Part shown: piece after piece, positions 50,050-63,500 of the stretch
Layout: the number at the start of each line of letters is the position of its first letter
Numbering within the stretch: position 1 is the first letter of the stretch
Assembly: GCA_024679065.1 (NCBI GenBank)
Contig: JAGIQG010000005.1
Location: 34,844,001-34,908,000, forward strand
DNA: 64,000 nt
DNA from: Sphyrna mokarran
Lineage: Eukaryota
Reading direction: 5' to 3'
The notes under the pieces: generated by a model
What the model was told of the DNA's origin: nothing
The model's database searches: none
The model's input: only the letters and a program-made list of their open reading frames with translations
Position numbers and translations under genes: made by a program

Positions 50050-50408
50050 CGTATTTGGAATGAGTTGCCAGAGAAGATGGTGGAGGCAGGTACAATTACA
50101 AGTAAGAGGTTACATTGCCCCTTAGTATCAGGGGTGATTAGTTGGATAAATACATGATGTTATGGGGATAGGACCTGGATGGGATTATGCTCGGTACAGT
50201 CAATGGGCCAAATAGCCTCTTCTGCTCTGTAGAATTCTGTGATTCTACCACATTTAAAAGACATTTGCAAAGGTAAGTGATAGGAAACTTTTAGAAGGAT
50301 ATGGGCCATACGGGGACAAATGGGGTTAGTTCAGTTTAAGAAGCCAGGTCAGCATAGTTGAGTTCAGCTGAAGGGCCTGTTTCCATGCTGTGTATCTCTA
50401 TGACTCTG
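50050..50408 (+). mobile_element. CR1 3' end with a nested HE1 3' fragment (about 50103-50247)
   Basis: WNELPEKMVEAG resumes after the SINE as FKRHL; tail ctctatgactct. Confidence 0.7.
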
Positions 50409-51221
50409 ACAAGCTGTAATAATTAAAATTTACTCCAGCATAAGTATATTACATCCAAATAGAAACACAAACAACCATATAATTAAATCTATTCAGATGT
50501 GTTGAAATCACCCTGCATGTTGCACCTGGCAAAATAAACCACGTGGACATGTCAAGCCCTGTGATCTATGGAATAATACATTAATTTGAGTGCTGCTGAC
50601 CTATTTATAAAGGGAACTCAGATTTCCTTTACGAGGGAGCCTGATTGGAGTGGTGACCTGAAAGTGACAGATTTTACTTTGTGACGGAAGTGTGGCAGGT
50701 GGATTTGCAGCAATCGTATCGTGACAATAAATTAGAACATAGAGCAGAAAATAGTACAGCACTGATGCAAGCCCTTCGGCCCACGATCTTGTGTAGGAAC
50801 ATATTCATTGCAATGTCCTGTTGCTGACAAGGTGCTCTTGTCAAATAACAGAATAGCCACAAATATCCTGAATGCTGCTGCAATAATCTATCTGAATCAT
50901 TTATTAATTCCCTTTGTCTTTCCATCATGTACTGTGTGCATTTCTTGTAGATTAGGATTTCTTCCATCCTGGTCGAATGTAGACCATTACTACTTCAGAA
51001 TCTTTAGCACTGTCGACGTGCTAAATTAAATATTGCACTTTTCTCCTGCTGATTAACTATCATTGTTTCTGTGCATAATAGCTCTCAGATAGCAATTATT
51101 CTGCAGAGATTCTCTCTAAAATAGTTGCATCCTATGGATATTATCCAAACAGCAAGTGCAATATATCAACTGCAATTAAGGAATAAAAATCTTTGAAGAC
51201 GGATTTTTGACTAAGTCACAA

Positions 51222-51670
51222 CATAACTTGACACCATCCAGGACAAAGCAGCCCACTTGATTGGCATTGCATCTACAAACATCCACTCCCTCCACCATCG
51301 ACGCTCAGTAGCAGCAGTGTGTACTATCTGCAAGATGCACTGCAGCAATTCACCACAGATCCTTAGACAGCACCTTCCAAACCCACAGCCACTTCAATCT
51401 AGAAGGACAAGGGCAGCAGATAAATGGGAAGATCACCACCTGCAAGTTCCCCTCCAAGTCTCTTACTTGGAAATATATCACCGTTCCTTCCCAGTCGTTG
51501 AATCAAAATCCTGGAATTCCCTCCCTAATGACATTGCGGGTCAATCCACAGAACATGGACTGTAGTGATTCAAGTAGGCAGTTCACTACACCTTCTCAAG
51601 AGCATCTAGGGATGGGAAACAAATTCTGGCCAGCCAGTGATGCCCATGTACCTTGAATGAATAGAAAAAT
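51222..51670 (+). mobile_element. 3' end of a CR1/L2-group LINE (probably the family of 25130-26050)
   Basis: LDTIQDKAAHLIG..NIHSLHHRRSVAAVCTI.KMH..SWNSLP; 3' UTR gggatgggaaacaaattctggcc..gaatgaatagaaaaa is shared with the tRNA-SINE family. Confidence 0.8.
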
Positions 51671-52287
51671 AAAATTGTTCCGTGTGCCCCTTACAACCAT
51701 GGTTTGAATTTGCTAGGGAGAACATTTAAAAAAAACAGATACCACCATGCGTGTCTCTCAAAGACCAACCATTTGAGAACAGTCTTATTCAATTTCACCT
51801 AAATAGAAAGTGGCACATAGCTTGTAAGTTAAAATAATTCATCATAGTTGGTTATTGAAAATCAATCATCAAGGAAAATCAATTTCACAATAATCATATT
51901 TTATTGGCAGGAGATTGCTGAACTTCAAATATCTTTGCAGAATTTTTCCCAAAACAGTGGTGTTGAATTTCCACAAAATTGTTGGGAGTGGTACAAAGCA
52001 GGGATGAGGATGAATCAACCTTAAACACTCATCCTCATAACCAATAATATTGTCATGATGACGGATGGCTCTTCTGGCCAGAGAACAATGCATGGCATAA
52101 ACATGCATGAAACAAGAATAACGTTGGCTAAACCGATTGGGGAATAAAATTAATGTATGCAGAAAGAGGGGTTACTGTGCCTCAGACCTATGAATATTGA
52201 TACAAGAGAAAAATAGATAACTAAGAACACCAATTGAGTCTGCGTGATATTGAAAATATGGCTTTCAGTGGACAAGATCCTGTTAGA

Positions 52288-52473
52288 ATCATAGAGCAAA
52301 ATATAGTGCAAAAACAGGCCACTCAGCCCATTGAGTCTCCGCCAATTCTCCAACACAGCATCCCACTCAGACTCTAACCCTGGAACCTCAAGTATTTACT
52401 CTGCTAATCCCTTAACTTGGGACACTAAGGGGCAACTTAGAATGGCCAATCAAACCTAGCTTGCACATCTTTG
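52288..52473 (-). mobile_element. HE1/V-SINE 3' half
   Basis: gattggccattctaagttgccccttagtgtcc on the minus strand plus a CR1-type tail. Confidence 0.7.
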
Positions 52474-53587
52474 AACTTCAAGACCATAAACAAATAATGG
52501 CAGATAAATAGTAGTTTTTCACAATGTCAGGGTGGAAAAGTGAAGCTTTTAATCATTGTTATTTGATGGAATCCTCAACTCTTGAGTTAAACATTGTTGA
52601 ACAAGCCAGCTCCAAAATTCTGGTTCAAGACCTAGGTTCACGCTACAGTGCCAAACAAAGGAAATTGGCATTGTCACAAGTGCCAGCCTTCAGAATAGAT
52701 ATTAAACCAATGTACCATCAGTTGGTTCCAATTGTTCAAGCACACATAAAAGATTTCAAGAACTATACTGATGTTGTCCCTCAACCAGGAGCACAAAGAC
52801 AGATGAACTTGTCATTCATCTTGACTGCTATTCAAAGGTTATTTTTCTATTCAAAATAGCTATTATTCATGTTCACATAACAGCTAATGAACATGAAGTA
52901 CATTGAGATACCACTGCAAGTTTTGAGAAGTTGCATAAGAATTGAAAAGTTTTAATTCCTTTCCTTTGCATTTTTCATTTTCTAAAAGGTGGCAACAATG
53001 AAAAATCAATAATTGATTAGTTGACTGCATTGCGCATCATAGAGGATAAAGCTTCACAAAAAAAAATCACCTTTTTGCTAAATAACTTACAACAGTTCCA
53101 AATAATGTCTCAAAAGTTACAGACTGCTTTGTGTCGCATCAACAGTTCTTCCATGCCGTGAATCACATATTTGCTATAGGTTCAAATTTATTTTGTTTCC
53201 AAATAGTGATCAAACCACAATATTGCTCATGTTCATCTACTTCCTCGTGCTTTTTTTCCCACCTCTAATGCCTCAAGGATCATCATCTCTGTTGCTCTCA
53301 TCACTAAGCTACTATGTTTTACATCAACCACAACTCATCTGAACTTTGTTGCCCATAATCTATCTCAAAATATTCCATCATCAGCTTCTTCTCCCTGCAC
53401 CCACTACCATGCTCCCATCCTGCCCTAATTTACAACTCCCTGCATGGAATTCCCTCCTCCACTTTTTCCATCTCTTTCATTTCTCTCTCTCTTACACTCT
53501 TCTTGTAGTATCAATGCCCCCAGTCAACTTATACTGCTCCCCCAAATGCATCTACTTCTCAGTTTTTTGACCATGCTTTTCAGCATC

Positions 53588-53905
53588 TAGAATCATAGAA
53601 TCCTATAGTGCAGAAGGAGGCCATTTGGCCCACTGAGTCTGTACTGATCACATTCCCACCCATGCATTATCCCCACAATGCCATGCATTTACCCTAGCTA
53701 ATCCCCCTGACACGAATGGTCAATTTAGCATGATCAATACACCTAACCCACACATCTTTGGACTGTGGAAGCACCCGGAGGAAACTTACACAAACATGGG
53801 GAGAACGTGCAAACTTCATACAGACAGCGACCCAAGCTGGGAATCAAACCTGGGTCCCTGGCACTATGAGGCAGCGGTGCTAACCACTTGTGCCACTGTG
53901 CCACC
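53588..53905 (-). mobile_element. HE1/V-SINE, full length, CR1-type tail
   Basis: ggtggcacagtggcacaagtggttagcaccgctgcc head; tail ctgcactataggattctatgattcta. Confidence 0.85.
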
Positions 53906-53916
53906 TAAAGGGATTA

Positions 53917-53989
53917 GGGCTGTGCTGGGATTTGAACCTAAGATTACCCGTTTACTACACAAGTGCTTTAACCAACTAGGCCCAGAGTC
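53917..53989 (-). pseudogene. tRNA-Thr(AGT) pseudogene
   Basis: Reverse complement GACTCTGGGCCTAGTTGGTTAAAGCACTTGTGTAGTAAACGGGTAATCTTAGGTTCAAATCCCAGCACAGCCC aligns end to end with vertebrate tRNA-Thr(AGT) as recalled (TAGTTGGTTAAAGC D-arm, TAGTAA loop, GGTTC.AATCCCAGC T-arm). Stems carry mismatches. Confidence 0.75.
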
Positions 53990-55164
53990 TGATTAAATTT
54001 TCATTCTCTGAATTCCCCAATCTCATTCCACACCATTTTATAGTATTGTCTTTCACCTTAGTGCGTTACTAAAAATTGTTTTGATGACTATGAATTATTA
54101 CATTGTTCATTCCTTTACTAATCAAGGTGACAGAAATGATGTATGGGATATTTTCTCATTACGCACACCCATTACAACAAGAAGGGCTTCCATGTCAAAT
54201 GTGTTTCCCCAGCAACACGCTGTAAACTCATCCCCAGAAGAATAACTTCCGCTGCATGAGTGTCATTTTCTTCACTTCCCACGCCTGCCATCTTTATGCT
54301 GTCTTTGATGGAGTTTGCCAGTTTCATTACCAATTCATTCTGGGTTGAAACTGTTGAAACTTGTTTCGTGCAGAACTCACACAGTCTGCAGAAAGCCAAA
54401 ACTTTCCATTTCATCATTCTGTGCTGCATTCAGGGCCAGATCCAAAAGATGACAATGTGGCAATCCACCCACACCTTCTGCAGCCTTTCCATTTCTTTTA
54501 AGTTCGCTGTAACCAAACTTTGTCCTGAAAAGACTTGTCTTTTTAAAAATGGTTTCATAGTTCAATCAATTAATTTGTCAATAGTGAATAAAATACTCGG
54601 TCCTACACAACCTACTATGAAGGAAAAAGAGAGGAAGAGAGCCTCTCAGACATGGTGATTAATAAAGACATTAAATTGCAGTAGCTGGATTCAGTGAAGT
54701 TGCTTGTTATATTTACTACATGAGAGAAGGTAAATCATTGTTGATAAACTCATGCACACAATATAATTGCAAGGTAGTTTCAGAAATTGTGTGACTCCAT
54801 TTTTATAATGTAACACAAACACTCAATGAATTGCCACTAAATCCTTAATGCAAGTTATTCCATTCATATGAGGTTTCAAAAGCAAATAGAAATTTCTCAT
54901 TGACCTCAATTAAAATAAATTTAATGACATTTTTAAGCATGTTATGTCTTCATACAAAACAGTGTTGCCAAACACAACACAGTTTTATCAATCATTCCTA
55001 GATCCGTCATTTTGTAACCTGATGACTCTGCTTCCCAACTAAATTTTCCCACTAAATACTGTCATTTATTTTCATTAAAACTGTTCCCCCTTAAAAGCAT
55101 TATGTAAACAGATTCACATTTTCACAAGCGTGTGTATCCATTTAATAGGAATCAGTGTGGTGGA

Positions 55165-55850
55165 ACAAAGAGCAAAGAATAGGATAGTACAAGAACATGG
55201 CCTTCAGCTCTCATGATACCCTAACTAAACTAAAAAAAAACCTTCTGCCCTTACTCAGCCCATATCTCTCTTTTCCCTCTCTATTCATGTATCCATCCTG
55301 ATGGCTCTTAAAAGTTGCTAATTTGCCTATTTCCACCTCAGTCTCTGGCAGCATATTCCAGGCACCCATCACTCTGTGTGAAAAACTACCCTTGCTCATC
55401 TCTCTTTAACTTAACTCTCTCTCACCTTGAACCTGTGTCCCCTTGACATTTCCACTTGGTAAAATGCCTCTGATTATCCACCCTATCTGTGGCTCTCATA
55501 ATTTTGTAGGCCTAATCAGGCATCCCCTCAGCCTCCACCTTTCCAGTGAAAACAATCCTAGTTTATTCAACTTCTGTTCAGAGCCAATGCCATCGAAATA
55601 AAACAATATCCCTGCAAACCTTCTTTGTACTCTCTCTAAAGCTTCCACGTCCTTCTGGTAGTATGGCGACCAGAATTCAATACTCCAAATGTGGCCTAAC
55701 CAAGGATTTATACAGTTGCAACATGATTTCTCAACTCTTCTACTCACTGCCTTGACTGATGAAGCCAAACATGTCATATGCTTTCTTCGTCACCTTGGCT
55801 ACCATTGTTGCCACTTTTAAGGAACTGTGGACCTGCAGACCCAGACCTCT
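55165..55850 (-). mobile_element. 5'-truncated CR1
   Basis: FWSPYYQKDVEALERVQRRF..LGLFSLERWRLRG; FSHRVMGAWNMLP. Confidence 0.85.
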
Positions 55851-56329
55851 TTGCAAAAATTTAGGAGTTTTGTCATGCACATACCAAGTAACTCTCTAAT
55901 GCAGTGTTTGTTGAAAATTGTGTCCCTCTGCATTGCATACTTGCACGTGCAATGTTTAGATATCTGTAGGTCTTCCACTTATGTTCATGATTGTGCACAC
56001 TGTTTCTCATTAATAATAACCTGTTGGGTATTTAGGTTCCATTCATTAACAGGCAAAAATGCAGAGTTTCTTGTACATGTTGCACAAATTGATCAGGCCA
56101 TAAATTCCGTGTGGATTTTGTTGATTTCATGCTGACATCTATTTTAAATTTCAAAATCCAGAGCAAGTTTAGAACTATTAGCCATGCATTTAGTGTCTAA
56201 ACAATCCTTGCGATAGATTTTTTTAAAGAAGTGATTATGAATTCTTATGTCACAGCATGTGAGCTGTTAACTGGTATTGCTTTGCACAAACATCAGTGGA
56301 GTAAAAATTCTACTCAGGTACTGCTGCAA

Positions 56330-56687
56330 TTTCTTTTTATCCTTTTATGCGACATCAATGTCACAAGCTGGGCCAACATTTGTTGCCCATCCCTAATTGT
56401 CCTTGAGGGGGCAATTAAGAGTCAATAATATTGCTGTAGTTCTGAAGTCAGATGTAGGCCAGGCCAGGTAAAGGCAGAAGATTTACTTCCCTAAAGAACA
56501 TTAGTGAACCAGATGGGTTTTTACAACAATGGTTTCATGGCCTTCATTAGACACTTATTCCCAGATTTCTATTGAACTCAAATTTCACCACCTGCCACGA
56601 TGGATTCAAATCCAGGTTCACAAAACATTATGCTGAGTCACTGGATTACTTGCCCACTGACAATACCATTAGGCCACTGTCTCCCCT
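56330..56687 (-). mobile_element. tRNA-derived SINE (same family as 3675-4020)
   Basis: ggggagacagtggcctaatgg head and the shared central and tail sequence. Confidence 0.8.
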
Positions 56688-57149
56688 TGTAAAACAAATA
56701 TTACATTGATGGTTCACTGTGTACAATGCCTGATATTCAGTTTCATTGCAGCTAATGGAGGTGAAAGTGAGGCAGTACATATAACAGCAGTCATTATAGT
56801 ATCATCCATTTTTGAAACACTACTCGAACATAACTTTTGCCTCCCAGATGTCCAATCATCATGGTCAAGAGCTCACATGGCTGTTATTCCTGACTATTAG
56901 CAACACATTAGATGCTTAATTGGATTATTTGATAAACCATTAGATGGCCAGAAGGTGATAATGTTCATAATAAAGGAGTTTCTGTGTGTAGATTCTGCAA
57001 ACTATCAGATGTTTGGGAGGTGAATTGCTGATGTGTACGTGATCGCGTGTCCTTTTTGATGTTAGTGGCGTCCTTGATTCATATATAGTTAGAGATTAAA
57101 ATAAATCCGGGGGCTCTGTACAAGTCCGCCATTCATCCTGGGTTATCAA

Positions 57150-57303
57150 AAATTTCCTGCAGTGCAGCATTAGACCATTTGGCCCATCAAGTTTGCATCA
57201 ATCATAAGCCCATCCAGGCCCTATCCCCATAACCCCACATATTTACCTCACTAATTCCCTCACATTAGGGTCAATTTAGCACAGCCAATCAACCTAACCT
57301 GCA
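57150..57303 (-). mobile_element. HE1/V-SINE 3' half
   Basis: ggttaggttgattggctgtgctaaattgaccc on the minus strand plus a CR1-type tail. Confidence 0.7.
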
Positions 57304-58074
57304 ACTAACCAATGCTGCTATATCTTTCAATTGTCATTTTATTCTCCTCTTCAGCCATACAATACAGAGAATATGTAACCCCCATGGCTTTTTCAATTAA
57401 TCTGGTACAGGACAATTTATACAGTCAGCCAGTATGCAGTCATTAAAATTCTTGCACCGCAAGAACTGTATTTAATTCAGTGTCTACCCCACATCCTAAA
57501 TCACATTAAATATGCATTGCTATTTATTTATTGCCCCAGGAATATTGTGACTTCAATCAACCAGTTTAATTACACATGAGAGAGAAAGAGAAAGAGATAG
57601 GAAGATCAGCAAAGAACAGACAGGCTGAATATGATCTTACTGGGATCTCAGTTTGCTGAATTTAATCTCAAGGAGTCAAAAGAGACCCTTTCACCTTTTA
57701 TGCCCAAACACTTCTAAATTAACACATCTTGCAAGAGTTATCAATACTGAGAGCTGGTAACTGTGACAGGACTGGACTCTGTTCCTTACTCAGCCAAGCT
57801 TCCATTCTGTCAGCCTGAGGAGCCATTTGATAAACATTTTAACTGGTGGAATGTGAGCCAGTGAAATAAAAAAAAAGGCTACATGCCCAATTCCCATCGC
57901 TTCACTTTTCAACGATAAATTACCATTACATTTTCAGTTTTCACAGCAAGTAAAAGTTTTTGGTTAGCCAGCAATTGAGACAGAGCAGTCAGTCATGGTG
58001 TCTTTTGAAATTCCAGGTCAAACTCTCCTACTCTTTGTTGCTGTCTGCCTCTCCTCATCTGGTTTCATCACATC

Positions 58075-59070
58075 TGTTTCTTTGTAGTTGTAGTTTCACG
58101 ATGTGTAGAGTTGTAGTTTCATAATGTGTAGGGAGTGTAGTTTCACAATATGTAAAGGATGTAGTTTCACAGTGTGTAAGGGTGTAGTTTCACAATATGT
58201 AGAGGGATGTAGTTTTGCCATGTGTGGGGGATGAAGTTTCACAGTGTTTGGGGGATGTAATTTCACAGCGTGCGGGTGTGTAGTTCCACAATGCACAGGG
58301 AGTATAGTTTCATAATATGTAGAGGGATTTAATTTTGAAGTGTGTAGGAGTTTAGTTTCACAATGTGTAGGGATGTACTTTTACAGTGTGACAAGGGAAT
58401 GTAGTTTCAAAATGTATTGAGGGAATGTTGTTTCATAGTGTGTAGGGGATGTAGTTTCACTGTTTAGGAGTGTCATGTCACAGTGTAGGGATATAGTTTC
58501 ACAGTCTGTAGGGCATGTAATTTCACTGTGTATGGGTGTCATTTCACAATGTGTAAAGAGTGTAGTTTCACGGTGTGTAGAGGTAGTTACAGTTTTGCGG
58601 TGTATGGATTGTAGTTTCACAGTGTTTAGGGGTACAGTTTCACAGTGACTAGGCATTGTAATTTCATAGTGTGTAGGGGGTGTAACTTTACAGTGTGTAG
58701 GGGGGTAGTTTTTGCCTTGTGTAGAGAGGATGAATTTCAAAGTGTGAAGGAGGTGTAGTTTCACAGTGTGTAAGGCATGTAATTTCACTGCGTAGGGATG
58801 TCATTTCACAGTGTATAGGGGCGTAGTTTCACAGTGACTGGGGGTATAGTTCCACAGTCTATCGGGGCGTGTCATTTCACAGATTGTAGAGAGACTGTAG
58901 TTTCACAGTGTGTAGAGGTTGTAGTTTCATAGTATGTAGGGGGTGTAGTTTCACTGTGTGTAGAGGTTGTAACTACACAGTGTTGGGGGTGTAGTTTCAG
59001 TGTGTAAGGGTGTAGTTTTGAGGGGTATAAGGGGTGTAGTTTGAGGTGTGTAGGGGCTGTAGTTTCCGTG
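58075..59070. repeat. Degenerate minisatellite, unit about 22 bp (tgtagtttcacagtgtgtaggg)
   Basis: Roughly 45 diverged copies; produces the repetitive TVKLH/ETTP spurious ORFs. Confidence 0.9.
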
Positions 59071-59654
59071 TGGTGGATAGGAGTTAGAATTTTGTAGTTG
59101 ATTAGGGCCTGGTGCCTGTCCAGTTACAGCCAGCATTAGCACCACCTCTTGTACTGTAGCAGTCCAGTGTCTTGGCATCATTGACTGCAGTGCTCACTCA
59201 TTCATTCATTTCAGTGCATAGTTTTTTCACTCAAGTTTTCCTGACTGTTTTACTGCCAAAGGGCAAGTCCAAAGCCTTAGTCCCTGCAACCTGCACCACA
59301 CACCAAAGGAAAGAATGTGGGCAAGCAGCTTCCAGCTTCTTCCAAGTAAATTTTGTAAATTGTTGAATCATGATTCTGTTTCGTTATATCCTGGGCCACG
59401 TTGAGTTTTTTTAATGCAGCAAGTTGTTTTGATCTAGAATTCATTGCCTGAGGGGCTTGTGGTAGTTGATTCAATAATAAGCGCACAAGAGAATTGGATA
59501 AATGTTAAAACCGAAAAAAAAATTGCAGGGGTATGCGTAAATAACAAGGCAGGAAGGCTAGCTGTATCCAAGAGCCAGGACAGGCACAGTGGGCCAATGA
59601 TCTCTTCTGTGTTATATCATTCAGTGACTTACTCCTCTTTTTATTGCTTTATTC

Positions 59655-60135
59655 TTTCATGAACATCACTGGTGTGACTGTACTTGTCACCCATCTCTAA
59701 TTACCCCTGAACTGAATAGCTTGCTAGACCATTTCAAATGATAGTTGGGAGTCAACTATATTGCTATGAGTCTGGAGGCCTGAGCAGGTCTGGTGGAAGA
59801 TGGCCTTCCCTGAAGGGGCATTAGTGGACCACTGGATAAGAGCAAATTACTGTGGATGCTGGAATCTGAAACCAAAAGAGGCAATGCTGGAACATCTCAG
59901 CAGGTCTAGCAGCATCTGTAAGGAGAGAAATGACTTGACACATCAGTTCTTTTCTCTCTTTTGGTTCCATTAGTAAACCAGATGGGATTCTAACAACAAC
60001 AAAAAACACCACTATTGGGAGGAGGACCTTAATATTCCCATTTCAGTAAATTCCACCAGCTGCTGTGACAGGGAATTGAACTTGCATCTCAAGAGCACTA
60101 ACAAGGGGGTTTATTAACATTATCACTACACTGCC
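59655..60135 (-). mobile_element. tRNA-derived SINE interrupted by a Penelope-type repeat (59836-59967)
   Basis: SINE core duplicated around the insert: cattagtggaccactgg (59819-59835) and cattagtaaaccagatgg (59968-59985). Confidence 0.65.
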
Positions 60136-60146
60136 ACATGTACACC

Positions 60147-60362
60147 AAAGAATAAAGAAAATTACAGCACAGGAACAGGCCCTTCAGCCGTCCACCGACG
60201 ATGCTGCCCGACTGAACTAAAACCCCTACCTTTCCAGGAACCATGTCCCTCTGTTCCCATCTTGTTCATCTATGTATTCAGATGCCCCTTAAAAGTCCCT
60301 ATCGTATCTGCTTCCACTACCTCCCCCGGCAGCGAGCTCCCACCACTCTATGTGTAAAAAAC
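60147..60362 (-). mobile_element. CR1 3' end fragment (same tail as the CR1 at 5888)
   Basis: aaagaataaagaaaattacagcacaggaacaggcc is nearly identical to 5890-5925. Confidence 0.8.
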
Positions 60363-60539
60363 TATTCAGGATTCAGTGAAGTTCCATATTGTAGCTGTAG
60401 CACAACCCAGATTCTGTCTTGTTATAAATAAGACTGGAATCGTTTTGGATGGTGACGGTTGCATTCTGTGTTTCCCTTCCTGCAGTGGTTGTTGGTTCTG
60501 ACTGTGGCAATGTTTGGGTCTCAGGCTGTTTTCTGACTG

Positions 60540-63500
60540 CACTGGTTGTACGGCACGGTGACCCGAGACGGTGCCGCTGGTTAAGATTCAGACAGCGAAT
60601 ATATCACTGGCTGTGAGATGGTGTGGGTGACTGCAGTTCTGCCTCTGACTAACAGGTTGGAACGGTGAACGCGGTGCCGCTGTCCTAGGTGCTGAAAAGC
60701 AACAACACCCGCAGTGAAACGCACGGTTCTATGCAACTTCTGTCTGAAGCAAAACACAGGCCCATAAAGCAGTCTCCTCCACAACTGGTTTGCAGTGTTT
60801 TTTTTCTTGTTTGTCAAAACAATGGACAGTAAGATCGGAAGAGTGTATTAATTAAGCTAAACAAAATAAAGGCATTTAGTATTACGACGGTTCAGTCATT
60901 TTCTAGTGGGATTGCATTCGCTACAAGATCACAGGGAAAGAGCTCTGCACTTATTCCGAAGCAGTGTATGTGTGTGTGTGTGCTGAGCCTGGTTAGTGTT
61001 AAATCTGACGCAGGGCGAAATGAAAGCAGCCGTAGATACTGTGTGCGCTTGACACTGGCAGCTTGTATGTTATCTTGTATTTGGGGGCGGCGCGGCTGGT
61101 TCCACATTTTCCTCAGCACTGGTAATCATGCTATCTGGATCCGTGGGACAATTAAGAAGCTTGCACGCCGATTACAGGAGCGACTGATAGTGTGAAGGTT
61201 GCAGTCACAGATGGCATGTTTATACTTAACTGGTTTAATCGATTGCCAGGTAGCAGAAACGTTTCATAATGCAGCAACAGGGCAGCCTTAAAGTGGAACG
61301 TGTTATCGTGGTTAACAGAGCCGGCTCTCTGTCCCTCCATGCTAGAAGTGGTTCACAACCCCCTCTTCCCCATGTTGACAGAAGAAAATTAAATAGGAAA
61401 TGTTAATTGTGACAACTTTGAGATTGATAGGGGACACTTAGGGAAGATGGTGGCCCATGTCAAATGTGATAGTTGGAGGAATCCAATTCCTTACGCGTTG
61501 CCATAGCGCTCAGCTAAAGTGGAGATGCAGTTTGACTTTTAAACAGTTGAAATGCGCCGTCTGCCTCTCTTTCTCTCACTCGCCCAGTACCTGTTCGCAC
61601 AGTCAGAGCGAATCAAGCTCACGTCGGCTCAGCCCAGGGATCGCCGGCTGTCGGCTTTCAAAACACCAGAGGCGGAGAGAGAACCGTAACACAATGAGGC
61701 AGGGATGTGACCTGGCAAGGTTATTCCAAAAGAAAGCCCAGTCTATGGTTCTGCCGGCTCACCAATGGTGACAGTCACTCTTGTGTAGCGGTGCTGGAGA
61801 TAGATTGGCGTGTAACCCACCGGGAAACTAGGATACTGGCAACTTCCCATCCTGACAGCGCTTAGTCAAATGTGCATGGCATTGAAGGACAGAGACCCAC
61901 GGTGCTACTGTGGGACATCTTGCCCGAAAAGAATAGGATGCAGATGCGGGGAGAGTGCTATTCCATGTAATGTTTATGCTTTGATCCCGCTGTTGTGTGT
62001 CTGGGTGACGGATACCACGTACAAAGATGGGATTACAAGCGCCCTGCGGGTTTAGTGATGCACAACAGTATAATCACGATGCCAGTCTCTGAGACACCAT
62101 TCCTTCAACCCCAAGCGGATTTCAGTAAGGTCATAGTTAAATCTCTATGCAGCGATTTGCAGTCAGGTTGGCAGTGTTGAAACTCCAGACTCTGCCTCTG
62201 AACAGAAATCCGGCTGTTAGTGACTAGAAACCAAAAGATTGGGCTGTTGAGGAGTGGAATGGATAGTGCAGTATTATTATGAACATAGTGGATTGCTTCA
62301 GTTTTCAGAGTGAGGTGCAAGAGTAATCATATTTCATCAACAGCGGCAGTTCAACCTCCGGTTATTACACACACTATTCTTAGCTTCAATTACCTGGATT
62401 CGGCGTGCCTTTTCTCATTTAGAGTACATGAGACCTGGAGCATGAGATGTGCAGAGTATATGAGATGTGGAGTATATGATTTGTAAAGTATATAATATGC
62501 AGAGTGCATGCGATATAGAATATATGAGATGTATAGAATGAATGTACAGACTATGAGCTATGAAGTATATGAGGTAAAGAATACATAAGATAAAAAGTAT
62601 TTCAGACGTAGAGCATACGAATGTAGAATATATGAGCTGTAGAGTATATGAGGTGTAGAATACATGAGATGTAAGTATATTTTCACAGTAATTTCATTGC
62701 AGTGTTAATACAAGCCTACTTGTGACAGTAATGAATAAAGTTAAACTATATGAGAGTGACCATGAGTGTTCATGTCATTTACTAAGAGGGTGTCAGCGCT
62801 CTCAATATTCTTAATACTAACTGATCAGATCACCAACCTGCGACTACACGGAAGTGGAGATGAACCACTGCCAAACCAGCGCATCCAATCAATAAATAAC
62901 CCTGTTAGTTTGGGCGATTGTTATCAGCGTACAACTCAATAAACATTTGCTCTTTTAACCCCTAGGACTTGTTGCTCCCGGAGCTACATCAAATCCAGAG
63001 GTCTCTCCACCCCAGCCCACTTTGCAAACCTCAAGTCTGTAGTAGAAATATTTACATGTGTGCACGCTGCGATTTAGTGGCAGATGTTCGTTTTTTCTCT
63101 CTCTCGAGTTAATTGCTGAGATCTGCCTTAGTGAAGAGTCGGATTTCGAAATTATTTGTAAACTGAGAGCGCTAATTGATATCAGTTAATTTCACACATA
63201 CATCGCAAATATTTAATTGTGTCTTCGACACTCCATGCAGAACTTGTCCTCCCCCCTCCCCGTTCTTGTCATTAATTACAAACTGTAAAAGTGCAAGCGA
63301 GAGAGAAAAAAATTATGATCAAGCTGTTTAGTTTGGAAGTGCGCATACATTTGTGTCCAGTTATAAATCCCATAACTGTCATTATTTATAAGAGGCTGTG
63401 CTGGACATGTTGCTTGAGATTACACAGTGAATTTTAGTCCAGCCCGTCCCTCAAAGCCTATCCATTTACAATTTTGCACTCATCCTCTCATTTTTGGGAA

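Noticed and set aside
58096-59181. Repetitive TVKLH/ETTP ORFs; possible CRISPR-like array
   Set aside because: These are translations of a minisatellite. There are no unique spacers or cas genes, and the context is eukaryotic.
60581-60817. Possible minus-strand exon with ttttcag acceptors
   Set aside because: All three frames hit stops within about 110 nt and there is no protein similarity.
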